From Nemertoderma westbladi (Eukaryota > Animalia > Xenacoelomorpha), in assembly GCA_032718475.1 (NCBI GenBank), contig JAUCBJ010004237.1, positions 1 to 64,000 of the forward strand: DNA of 64,000 nucleotides. Reading direction: 5' to 3'. Within the stretch, counting starts at the first letter, position 1, and the number at the start of each line of letters is the position of its first letter. Shown piece by piece: positions 1-11,898 of the stretch. A program made the position numbers and the translations under genes. The notes below the pieces were generated by a model. That model did no database searches and had not been told where the DNA came from. It worked only from the letters and a program-made list of their open reading frames with translations.

Positions 1-2596
1 AGAGAGGACAGGTTGACGTCGTGAGAGGGCGGACGAAGCGTCGAGCCCGATCAGAAGAGGGAAGAAGAACAGTGGGGTTTAACCGGGAGGTCGACGAGAG
101 ATCTCACGAGCGGGAATACTACACTGAAAGGAGAAGAGAGAAGACAGTAGTAAAAGTATCGCCGCGAACGATAGAAGAGCGAGGACGGATAGCGAGCCGT
201 CGGTAGTCGAGATGAGAACGGAGAGTCAGTGGGGTCAGACTCCGGGAGATTGCCGTCGCCCCGGAGAGATGCGACCTGGTGAGGTGCATTACACGCCGAT
301 GGAGGGGTATGCGATATACCGGTACGAAGATGATAACAGTAGAGAGGGGGGTCGAAGAGAAACTTTCCGACGGAATATACCTACCGATCGACAGTACGGT
401 AGCCACGGGGAGGACTATTCGAGAAGAATAAACTTCGATCCCGAGCGACACATGCAGACTGTAGGACATACTGTAGGCCTTACTGCACATACCATAGGCC
501 ATACTGAGAGATGCAATGTAGGCAATAGGATAGCGCGGACAACGGGATTAAACCCGGAAGTCGCGGAATACATACCGGCGAGTAGGCCAGAAGCTGATAG
601 GCCTATACCGGTACCAGCACAGCAGTATGACTACAGCATGCAGGGACATAACATATACCCAGGGGAGGGGGGAATTATTGCGGATAGGTGTATGGGCCCC
701 AATATATTAACATCAACCCCAGTACCAAACATACCGGTGGGGGGGGGGGGGGGGGGACAGGGTGACATTCCCCCATCACAATATCAACAATATACCCCGA
801 TAGGAGCAAGAACAACGAGACACTTGGATGAAAATAGGTCGTGTGACACAGAAATATGGAGGGGGCCGCTACCCCCGATGACATACCCAAGTCAAAGAAG
901 ATCGGGAGATAGGACGGACGAACCGCACCAGACAGGAGAAACTATACAGCACCCATCGAATCTATTGGAAGCGCAGGCGATGGGGATGGCCACGTTGATC
1001 GATGCGTTGAAAACGAGGATCGAGTTACCACCCGTGGAACCATTCAAGTTCGATGGGAGTAGGCCGGAAGAATACCTACAGTTTCGGCGCATGTATAGTA
1101 ACGAAATACTAACAAAAAACTTGACGCAGGCGGAGTGCCTAAAGTATCTGCAAGTATACACGGGAGGCCCAGCATACGATATCGTGAGGCAATATCAAGG
1201 AATAGAGGGCGGCTTCACGACAGCATGGCGGGCACTGGACAGGGAATACGGGCACCCGGCCAAGATCATCAGACAGACACTGAGAGGCATAACATCAGGT
1301 GGCCTACAGGATAATCCCGTTAGCATTAAGACGTTCGCTAACAAAGTCGAAAAGGCGCTAATCGTGCTGAAGACGCTAGACGCGCCATACGAGCTCAACG
1401 CGTCCAATAACATCACCACGATAGCGCAGGCACTACCGAACTGGCTGCGCAACAAGTGGAGGAAGATCGCTTTCTCCACTCGAGACAAGAAGGGTGCGGA
1501 ACCGGGTTTAGAAGAAATGTCAAGCTTCTTAAACTACGAGGCTGAACTAATAAATGACCCAGTCTATAGCGAAGATAGCCTGGGAAAGGGACCGAAGACG
1601 GATTACCATAGACCGAAACCAGAGCACAATACATCAAACGCATTACCGAGGCTCAGGCAATCATTGCCATATGCAGCGACGCAGGGGACTGCAAGTCCAC
1701 AGCTAGCCGAAGATAAGACAACACCATGGAACGGACAGGGGAACAATAACAACACAAATAAATATAACCCCAGTACGTCCAGTAGGCCGAATCCTAACAA
1801 TAAGAATAGTAGGGACTTTGGTACAAACGCAGCTGCGATACGCAATGCGCTGTATAAGGAGGGCTACGACCCAAAGAGCAAATGCCAGCTACACGCAAAT
1901 GCGCTTCATCAAACCATGAACTGCAGGTACTGGCAAGCGCTACCCAGGGAAGATCAGGTAGAATATGCGGCGAGGAATGAGATCTGCTCGCGATGTGTGA
2001 TGAGTGGACATAGAGCTAGGCAATGCAAGGAGATGCCGGTCAAGTTCGGTCAAAGGAAAGGCCAAACGATGGCAACGAGCACAGTAGGGGCGAAGAGGAG
2101 AGGAACGGTGCTACTTGGGGGTAGTACCTGTGCGAGTGATTGGAGAAGGCAATCGATCAGTAACAACACTAATGCTGGTTGATAGTGGAGCTGCCTTCAC
2201 ATTAGTCGAGGATTGGGTGGCCGAAGAAATAGGATTGAGAACGAGGCCAAGTAGAATGGTGGTAACAACCATCTCCAGCAAAGATGAGGTCCTGGAGATG
2301 AGAACCGGACGGTGCACTATCGCAGCAATAGCACCAGGATGCGACTATGGGGCGAGCATCGACCCCATCCAAGTGATAGAGTCAATAAACATCAACGCCA
2401 GACGGCCCACCAACATTGAGGTCGAACAATATAAATTTCTGGATGATATCGACTTCTCAATCCCAGAGGTGGACGTTAGGAAGGTATCCATCATAGTAGG
2501 AATGGACTGCCCAACGGCCCACGAAAGAATGCAAACGGTCTTCGGCGAAGACAAGCAGTGTGACCCGGTGGCGATACTGACACCATTCGGGTGGAC
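1..2596 (+). mobile_element. Truncated BEL/Pao LTR retrotransposon copy (gag + protease), same family as 3281-15706
   Basis: 535-2596 aligns to ~5146-7208. Identity stops abruptly after ...CCATTCGGGTGGAC (2596). The 5' part lies outside the window. Confidence 0.93.
212..2596 (+). pseudogene. gag-pro: BEL/Pao gag (DUF1759-like capsid region, CCHC knuckles) and aspartic protease, frameshifted and truncated
   Basis: Motifs LPPVEPFKFDG, LPNWLRNKW, CQLHANALHQTMNC, CSRCVMSGHRARQC and protease LVDSGA. One extra G at ~2117-2121 shifts the frame relative to the sister copy. Confidence 0.9.
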
Positions 2597-2710
2597 TTTT
2601 TTATAAATAATTTTGTAATAAGGTGTTGTTCAGAAATGGAAAAAATTTCTGAATTTCTGAACAACAACTTATTACAAAATCATATATATAATAATAATAT
2701 AGAACAGAAA

Positions 2711-3280
2711 CTAACGCCTTCTATCCGTATATGAGTGATGGGCTGAAAGAATGCACTTAACCAAGGAGCACTTTGTGAATCCATCCCAATTACCATTGAC
2801 CTTCTCCAAAAGTGTATGGAGGCCCAACTTCTTAAAGGAAAACTTTGCCAGAGATTTGGATGTTGTTTTTCCGGCGAAAGAACACTTTTTAGCTAATTCT
2901 CTAGTCATGAGATATTCTTCCATCTGTCTCAATACAGCTTGTTTCATATTGGAACCACCGACTCTTTGCAAAGCAATAAATGTCTTTGGATCGGCGATTA
3001 ACGTGACAAGTTCATTCTTCATTTTCGCTCTAATTATTGATTCCGTAACATCCTGTTGCAGGTTACTGTGACTCTGACTATCTACACGTTGACTTAACCT
3101 CACTACTTCCTCCTTAATTTGACCTACCTTTGTGGCAATACTCATGAGCGTCAATCGATTATTTTTTGACATTAAAAACGTCGATATATTTAACTGACGA
3201 TCTGACAATCTTTTTAATTCTGGTGGTTCTTCTGGCAAGTCCTGATCAACAACTGAAATAACTTCCGAATCCTTATCAAC
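2711..3280 (-). pseudogene. C-terminal half of EnSpm-associated accessory protein (DUF4806/BEN-like), split by LTR insertion
   Basis: Motif GGSNMKQAVLRQMEEYLMTRELAKKCSFAGK..KFSFKKL. It joins 15707-16260 in frame when the LTR element and one TCAAC are removed (..VTPVD|KDSEV..). Confidence 0.75.
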
Positions 3281-3825
3281 TGTTAGCTTATTCAATCCCG
3301 CTAACACCCCATAAAAGTTAAGCCGATAAGCAATATTGGGGGCCACGAGATTGGGTAATCACCAACTCGTGTCACCCCAATAAAATGGGAAGGAGAAACA
3401 CAATGAGGGTCAGGGGCCAAACCCCTAACCCAGAGAGAACAGGTGGAGTGAACGGGAACACTCCAAAGGGCGCCAACAAGGGTATCAACCAATCAGAGGG
3501 GGGAAAGGCATCGATTAGGTAGAGTAACAAGGCCAACCCGTGCAATATAGCCAGTTGGCAGTAATCATTTCCTTCAGTTATCTCAGTATCATATTGGTGC
3601 TAGTTAGGTTAGTTAGTTTAGCTAGGGAAGGACCGGGACTTTAATTACCGTATCCCGCCTTCCGGATACGACAACATTATCCATATCTATGCTTATATCT
3701 ATATACCCGTACAACCGATTATTATATACGATGAACGACACGAACTCTTTTTACCTTTCACACACGGCGGGGACGCGTGAACTAAACAACCGGATAAACC
3801 GGGATCCTTCCTGGATCCCGTCACA
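3281..3825 (+). repeat. 5' LTR
   Basis: TGTTAGC...CCCGTCACA. It matches 15162-15706 with three substitutions seen by eye. TATA-like AATATAG at ~3544 and TCAGT Inr-like motifs at ~3574-3587. Confidence 0.97.
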
Positions 3826-3899
3826 GTAATTAAAACTCAGAGCTGCCGCCCTAGCTAGCTAAACCCAGCGACTACCAGCCACCAATCGAACCAAGCGAG

Positions 3900-5162
3900 A
3901 TGAGTCAGTCGGGAGAGACGACGCCGACGCGGACCCCGGACGAAGAATTAACGATCCGCGAGGCCGCAACCAGGCGGTACAGGCCCACAACGCCGGACCC
4001 ATCGGTAACGGGTCATCCGGCAGCTCAGGATGAGGGGGGCCGCCTGGAACCCGAGGTCGAGCCGAGAGAAGGAGAGAGCGAGACGGAGGGAGACGGAGAC
4101 GAGTCGACACGAGACGCGGGTCGACGTACTGATGTCGCCGGCCAGCCACAGGCCGAAGGCGACGAGCGGCCCACCGAAACGGCGACGGTGGGGCCGACGG
4201 TACAACGCCGGACCCGAAGAGACGGAGGAGATGTCGGTACCGATGTCGCCGGCCAGCCACAGGCCGAGGGCGACGAGCGGCCCACCGAAACGGCGACGGT
4301 GGGGCCGACGGTACAACGCCAGACCCGGAGAGACGGAAGAGAGGTCGGTGACGAGGACGTCGGGGTTTCTGATCGACTTCGACGGGCCTACAACGCGACC
4401 CGGAGACTATTAGAGGAGGCCAGAGGAGGGGCAACGATAGACAAGGTAAAACTAAAGAAAGGACTAGGTGAGTCGAATAGACACTTTTATTATCTAATGC
4501 GCTTCGGGCAAAGAGAACTGGCCAAGGAGAGAGCGAGAGGGGTTGCCGAGGAACTGTATGACTTATGGCGGCATAGGGGTATGGAACCTAGCGTAGTGTA
4601 CGTAGGGCCGTACTTAGTCGATGCCCGGGGAGTAAAATTAGTGGGTTGGGAGAGACCTGAGGAGGACGAATCCGAGGTTAACCCCGAGGATTCGGCCTCG
4701 TCGGTCGGAGGAAGTTCCGGGAGGCGGGGGAAAGTTAGTAGGACGGGGAGGCGGAGGGAATCCGTTACAACTGATAAGTCTGCTACATCCTCCGTAAAAG
4801 AAAGACGGGTGAGAGAGATAAATGCCACGTACCGTCTCGATTTAATAGAGCAAGGTCAAAGGGAAGTGGGTAGACGGTTAGAGGAGGGGAGAGTGCTGCT
4901 AGAGAGGGAAATGGCGTTGATTAAGGAAACCGGAGAGAGGGCCGAAAGGGCCGCGAGAAGCCTTAGGGAGTGTGAGGAAGTAGGGAGGAAGGAACAAGAA
5001 GAGCGCGAGGCGAGAGAGAAAAATGAGCGCAAAGAGCGTGAGGCGGAACGTAGGGAACGTGAGGCGAAAGAGGAAAACGAGTGCAAAGAGCGCGAGGAGA
5101 GAGAGAAAAACGAGCGCAGAGAGCGTGAGGCGAGACGAAGGGTGGGCGGACAACGGGATTAA
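3900..5162 (+). pseudogene. gag: BEL gag N-terminal region (E/R-rich coiled coil, 111-bp internal duplication), broken by an internal deletion
   Basis: ATG 75 nt after the LTR. A 37-aa repeat starts at 4131 and 4242. The V.PEDSASS motif is typical of BEL gag. At ~5146 the sequence jumps to the equivalent of position 535 of the left copy. Confidence 0.8.
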
Positions 5163-5436
5163 ACCCAGAAGTCGCGGAATACATACCGGCGAGTAGGCCA
5201 GAAGCTGATAGGCCTATACCGGTACCAGCACAGCAGTATGACTACAGCATGCAGGGACATAACATATACCCAGGGGAGGGGGGAATTATTGCGGATAGGT
5301 GTATGGGCCCCAATATATTAACATCAACCCCAGTACCAAACATACCGGTGGGGGGGGGGGGGGGGGGGGGGCAGGGTGACATACCCCATCACAATATCAA
5401 CAATATACCCCGATAGGAGCAAGAACAACGAGACCC

Positions 5437-8400
5437 TTGGATGAAAATAGGTCGTGTGACACAGAAATATGGAGGGGGCCGCTACCCCCGATGACATACC
5501 CAAGTCAAAGAAGATCGGGAGATAGGACGGACAAACCGCACCAGACAGGAGAAACTATACAGCACCCATCGAATCCATTGGAAGCGCAGGCGATGGGGAT
5601 GGCCACGTTGATCGATGCGTTGAAAACGAGGATCGAGTTACCACCCGTGGAACCATTCAAGTTCGATGGGAGTAGGCCGGAAGAATATCTACAGTTTCGG
5701 CGCATGTATAGTAACGAAATACTAACAAAAAACTTGACGCAGGCGGAGTGCCTAAAGTATCTGCAAGTATACACGGGAGGCCCAGCATACGATATCGTGA
5801 GGCAATATCAAGGAATAGAGGGCGGCTTCACGACAGCATGGCGGGCACTGGACAGGGAATACGGGCACCTGGCCAAGATCATCAGACAGACACTGAGAGG
5901 CATAACATCGGGTGGCCTACAGGATAATCCCGTTAGCATTAAGACGTTCGCTAACAATGTCGAAAAGGCGCTAATCGTGCTGAAGACGCTAGACGCGCCA
6001 TACGAGCTCAACGCGTCCAATGACATCACCACGATAGCGCAGGCACTACCGAACTGGCTGCGCAACAAGTGGAGGAAGATCGCTTTCTCCACTCGAGACA
6101 AGAAGGGTGCGGAACCGGGTTTAGAAGAAATGTCAAGCTTCTTAAACTACGAGGCTGAACGAATAACTGACCCAGTCTATAGCGAAGATAGCCTGGGAAA
6201 GGGACCGAAGACGGATTACCATAGACCGAAACCAGAGCACAATACATCAAACGCATTACCGAGGCTCAGGCAATCATTGCCATATGCAGCGACGCAGGGG
6301 ACTGCAAGTCCACAGCTAGCCGAAGATAAGACAACACCATGGAACGGACAGGGGAACAATAACAACACGAATAAATATAACCCCAGTACGTCCAGTAGGC
6401 CGAATCCAAACAATAAGAATAGTAGGGACTTTGGTACAAACGCAGCTGCGATACGCAATGCGCTGTATAAGGAGGGCTACGACCCAAAGAGCAAATGCCA
6501 GCTACACGCAAATGCGCTTCATCAAACCATGAACTGCAGGTACTGGCAGGCGCTACCTAGGCAAGATCAGATAGATTATGCGTTGAGCAATAAAATCTGC
6601 TCGCGATGTTTGATGAGTGGACATAGAGCAAGGGAATGCAAGGAGAAGCCGGTCAAGTTTGGTCAAAGGAGAGGCCAAACGATGGCGACGAGCACAGTAG
6701 GGGCGAAGAAGAGAGGAACGGTGTTACTTGGAGTAGTACCCGTGCGAGTGATTGGGGAAGGCAATCGATCAGTAACAACACTAATGCTGGTTGATAGTGG
6801 AGCTGCCTTCACATTAGTCGAGGAATGGGTGGCCGAAGAGATAGGATTGAAAACGAGGCCAAGCAGAATGGCGGTAACAACCATCTCTAGCAAAGATGAG
6901 ATCCTGGAGATGAGAACAGGACGGTGCGCAATTGCAGCAGTGGCACCGGGATGCGACTATGGGGCAACCATCGACCCCATCCAAGTGATAGAGTCAATTA
7001 ATATCAATGCCAGGCAGCCAACCAACATCGAGGTCGAGCAATATAAATTCCTGGACGACATTGACTTCTCAATCCCAGACGTGGACGTTAGGAAGGTATC
7101 CATCATAGTAGGAATGGATTGCCCAACGGCCCACGAAAGAATGCAAACGGTCTTCGGCGAAGACAAGCAGTGTGACCCGGTGGCGATATTAACACCATTC
7201 GGGTGGACGCTGAGTGGCCCAATCAAGACCAAGATACCATTTAGGATGTTGGAGACATCAGGATGCATGTTCGCGGGAACAATGCAGGAAATGGGTGATG
7301 AGGGAGCAGAGGAGCAGCTTAAAAGACTGCCCAGACAAGTTTTCGAGGGACTAAAAGAGACCGGGGTCGGGACCTCGGTAGAAGACAAGCAGGCTTTACA
7401 AAGCGTGGAGGAATCGATGACATGCAGTGAGGGGCGGTATACTATAGGAATGGTATGGAAACTACCGAAGATACTGCTGCCCGATAATAGAGGGATGGTA
7501 CTCACAAGACTCCGCAAGCTGAAACAAACACTAAAACGGAGCCCCGAGTAGAATGAGTACATCCACAGAACGATCAAGAAGTACGTCGAGAAAGGATGGG
7601 CCGTGGGGTTACCGGTCGACGAACCGAACACGGACAGGACATATTACCTGCCACTCCACGTGGCTTTAAACCCAAAGAAAGGTAAACTGCGGATGGTAGT
7701 TGACGCATCGGCAAAGACCAATGGAAAATGCTTAAACGACTACCTGTTAGAAGGCCCAAACATATACAACTCGGGCATAGAGGTGCTACTTAGATTTAGA
7801 AATGGGAAACACACCTTCACGTATGACATAGAAGGCATGTTCAACCAAGTCCGTGTAACGGAGGAAGATAGCGACAGTCAACGCTTCTTATGGTATAACG
7901 GCGAGGAAGAACCGTCGATAATACCGGCATATAAGATGGTAGTACAAAACATGGGAGCCAAGTCGTCTTCATTTACGACGACTATGGCAGTGAGGGATAC
8001 AGTGAAAGGGAAGGAAGATAGATACAGCACTAGGGCCGTCGATATGATTCGACACGGCTTCTACGTAGACGACGGAATGGAGCCTGGAAATACGGTTAAG
8101 GAGATACTGGACACGGGGCGCGAGGTTCGCGACATCCTAAAAGGATCCGGCTTTAACCTGACAAAATTCCAATCCAGTTCGGAAGAATTTATCAAGGCGA
8201 TAGAGGACAAGAGGCCAGAATCGACCATGGATAATCCCACAACAGCCAAAGGGCAGGACATGGCGAATAAGAGAACAGAATCTCAACAGAAGGCATTGGG
8301 AATCGTGTGGAACAGAGAGACAGACGAACTGAAGTATCAGCTGAGCCAGGAGGGCGCAGACATCCACACGAAGAGGGGCTATGTATCGTATATAGCAAGG

Positions 8401-10698
8401 ATATACGATCCCCTAGGCCTAGCATCCCCATTATTAGTCACGGGGAAACAGATACTCAAGAGAGTATACAAATTGAAGGATGAGTGGGACGTAGAGGTAC
8501 CAGAGGAAATCAAGAAACAGTGGAGTAAGTGGACAGGAGACTTGGAGAAGATGGGAACATACAACATGCCACGAGTGTATTTCCCGGATGGGAACATGAC
8601 GAATCTGGACCTACACATGTTCTCCGATGCGTCGTTGGAGGCGTACGGAGCGGCACTCTACTTAGTACAACGAGAGGGGGCTCATAAGCCCAGACTAGCC
8701 TTTAGCAAAGCAAAGTCAACGCCGCCAGATTCAGCATCAGTTCCCAAGTTAGAATTGACAGCTGCGAGACTAGGAGTTAGAGCCACAGCCTACCTAGTGG
8801 ATACTATTCCCAACATAGTGGAGACACACTACTGGACGGACTCCATGGTAGTGCTTGGTTGGCTACATAATGAAAGGACGAGATACCCAATATTCGTCGC
8901 AAATAGAGTGGACGAAATAAGGGCGACCACAGAACTGGAAAGGTGGCACTACTGCCCAACGGACGAGAACCCAGCGGACTTGTTGTCGAGGGGCGTGGTA
9001 CGCCACACTTTCTTGAAGAAGGAAGTATTGTGGCAACATGGGCCACAATTTCTGAGCGATAAGGAGGCCTGGCCGCCGATGAAAAAGGTGGACCCGGGCT
9101 CAGAAGTAGTGTCAGAGGGAGAAGAGGGAGATTCAGAGGGAGAAGAGATATACTCCCGGATGGTGAGGGAGATTAGAGACGTGCAACCAAGACGAGAACT
9201 GTGCGATAACCCGACGGATAAACTCCTCAGCTACAGTTCTAGTTGGTATAAGACCAAGAAACTAGTGGCGTACTGGAGAGCCTTCAGGAATTTCCTCGCG
9301 GGAGTTGGCAAAGACAAGATCAAGACATACATAGATCTGGAAGGAGTGGCCAAGGCAATCATCCGCTATGAACAACGGAAGAACTATGGCGACGAGGTAG
9401 AACGCGTCGGTAACCAACAGCACCTCCGACGGGACAGCGAGCTGATCACGCTGTCGCCACAACTTAATGACGACGGGATTCTAGTAATGAACTCTAGGGT
9501 GGGATACAACAATAGCATAATCGTACCACCGAAACCCATCATCATTCCAACAGGATCGCCAATAGTTCACCAGATTATCTGGGACTCCCATAAGTCGATA
9601 TTGCACGGGGGCACCAACCGAACCCTCACCGAGATAAGGAGGACCTTTTGGGTCAAACAGTTGAGGAAGAAGGTAAAAGCGGTGGTGGGGCAGTGCCAGA
9701 CCTGCCGACGAGCGAAGAAGGAGCGAGCCATACAAGAGATGGCGCCACTACCAGCGAGTAGAGTAAGACAACACGACCCGCCATTTACGCATTGCGGTGT
9801 GGACATGTTCGGGCCGATAAAGATAAAGGTGATGCGGCACACGGAGAAGCGCTACGGTATCATCTTCGTATGTAACAACACGCGGGCGGTAGGGATAGAA
9901 CTCGCCCAAGATGCAACCGCATCAGCATTCATTAATGCCTTAGAAAGGTTTAGAGACCGCAAAGGTGGGACGATCGCAGTGATATACAGCGACAACGGCA
10001 CCAACTTTGTGGGCGCAGAGAATGAGATGGCAGAAGCCTTGGACATCTTGGAAGGGGAGGAAGTCAGGGCGGCCATGAGACGACGACAAGTAAAGTGGGA
10101 GAGAAGGACGCCGTATGCACCACATACACTAGGATGCGTCGAGAGACTGGTGGGCAGTTCAAAGCGTCTAATGACGAAGCTAATGAACACCCACATGGTC
10201 ACTGAGGACGTCCTGAGAACAGTATTGGCGAAGTGTGAGGGTATCATTAATAGCAGACCGCTATATCCGGAGAATGATGACCCTGAGTCACTAGACATGC
10301 TGACGCCTAGCCATTTTCTAATGGAAAGGCCAGCGACCATCGATATGCGGGGTGTAGATCCAGACGACATACACTCCCGCCAGAGTTGGAAAGTCGCTAA
10401 AGCAATAAGCGCCGAGTATTGGAGGAGGTGGGTCGAAGAATACCTGCCCATGCTCCATAAAAGAAGCAAGTGGAGGAAGCAGAATAGGGAGTTAAGAAAG
10501 GGAGATCTCGTAATCGTTACGGATGATACTATCATCAACAACCAATGGCGGTTGGCGAGAGTTGTAGGCACTTACTCCGACGAGGACGGAAGAGTCCGAT
10601 CGGTAGAAGTGCGGATAGGTGGTAAGATAGGTGCGAAGGACAGAAAAACCTACAGGAGAGCTGTAGGGAAATGCTGTCTGTTAGAAGGGGCACCTTAG
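5437..10698 (+). pseudogene. pol: BEL/Pao gag-pol polyprotein (capsid, CCHC, protease, RT, RNase H, integrase) with one in-frame TAG at 7549-7551
   Basis: LVDSGA; YLPLHV..KLRMVVDAS; FYVDD; YDPLG; FSDAS; WTDS; NPADLLSRG; H..ILHGG..CQTC; VDMFGP; SDNGTNF; ERLV. ORFs 5437-7551 and 7603-10698 are in the same frame. Confidence 0.96.
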
Positions 10699-10860
10699 TG
10701 GAGTTAGAGAAGTGTTTAGTCGTCCAAGCTTTGGACTGAGGGGGGTGGGATTGAGGGCGAGACGCCCTTCCAACACATAAAAAAAAAATAATAAAAAAAA
10801 TAAAAATAAAATAATAGTACATAGTAGGTACGCAGTTAGTAGGCAGAAGTTAGTCAGTAA

Positions 10861-11400
10861 GAAGGTACGTAGTACCTAGAGTTAGTTAGTTAAGAGGTAC
10901 GTAGTACCTAGAGTTAGTTAGTTAAGAGGTACGTAGTACCTAGAGTTAGTTAGTTAAGAGGTACATAGTACCTAGAGTTAGTTAGTTAAGAGGTACGTAG
11001 TACCTAGAGTTAGTTAGTTAAGAGGTACGTAGTACCTAGAGTTAGTTAGTTAGTTAGGAGGTATGTAGTACCGCTAGTTAGGAGAGAGTTAGAGGTACGT
11101 AGTACCTAGAGTTAGTTAGTTAGTTAGGAGGTACGTAGTACCGCTAGTTAGGAGAGAGTTAGAAGGTACGTAGTACCGTTAGTTAGAGAAGAGTTAGAGG
11201 GTACGTAGTACCGTTAGCTAGAGAGTTAGAGGGTACGTAGTACCGTTAGTTAGAGAAGAGTTAGAGGGTATGTAGTACCGTTAGTTAGAGAGTTAGAGGG
11301 TACGTAGTACCGCTAGTTAGAGAGTTAGAGGGTACATAGTACCGTTAGTTAGAGAAGAGTTAGAGTTAGAGGGTATGTAGTACCATTAGTTAGAGAGAGA
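10861..11400 (+). repeat. Tandem array, 16 units of mostly 32-36 bp, each with hairpin core GGTAC-GTA-GTACC and TTAG/GAGA linkers
   Basis: Cores counted at 10865, 10897, 10929, 10961, 10993, 11025, 11061, 11095, 11131, 11166, 11201, 11233, 11268, 11300, 11332 and 11373. Confidence 0.95.
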
Positions 11401-11898
11401 GAGTAAGAGGTAGAAGGGTATATAAGATATAGATATTAGTTAGCAGTTAGTAGCGAGAGGGAGGCATATGAGTACAGTTGGGTAAATCGTGTGGCCACAC
11501 GACGCATACTTCTGTACTGCACAAGCCCACAGAGTAGGCCAGAATGTGGATTAGAGAATAGAATAATCCATAGGCAATAGTAAGTAGTAGGACAGTAGAA
11601 TTAAAATTAAACTAAAAATAAATAGATAGATAAAAATAAATAGAATAGGGCTGAAAGTTACAAATTATGGCAACACTAGGAAAGTTATTCTGGAACATAA
11701 TAAAAGTAACGGACAGAAATCGAAATTAGGGTGTATTTACTAGCTTCAGAATTAATTAGTAAGAATTTAGGCTAAAAGGGCGCAGTTAAGTAAGGAATAG
11801 GCCATTATCGGACTGTACAGAACATCTTAGATACATCACTCATCTGTATTGCGCCTTGGTAAGGCACCACCTTACAGGTGAGCGAGTGAGTGTTCGGA

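Noticed and set aside
3281-3492. ORFs 3301-3492 and 15182-15373, and the LTR-derived ends of ORFs 2711-3346 and 15580-16260
   Set aside because: Chance antisense frames inside the LTRs.
7549-7551. Programmed gag-pol stop-codon readthrough
   Set aside because: The TAG lies after the protease in the pre-RT region, where a Leu (TTG) would fit, and BEL elements normally have one ORF. A nonsense mutation is more likely.
11040-11150. Telomeric TTAGG repeats
   Set aside because: Only isolated TTAGG within TTAG runs; no tandem (TTAGG)n tract.
10861-11400. CRISPR array (palindromic repeats with regular spacing)
   Set aside because: The linkers are repetitive TTAG/GAGA variants rather than unique spacers, there are no cas genes, and the array lies inside a eukaryotic retrotransposon.
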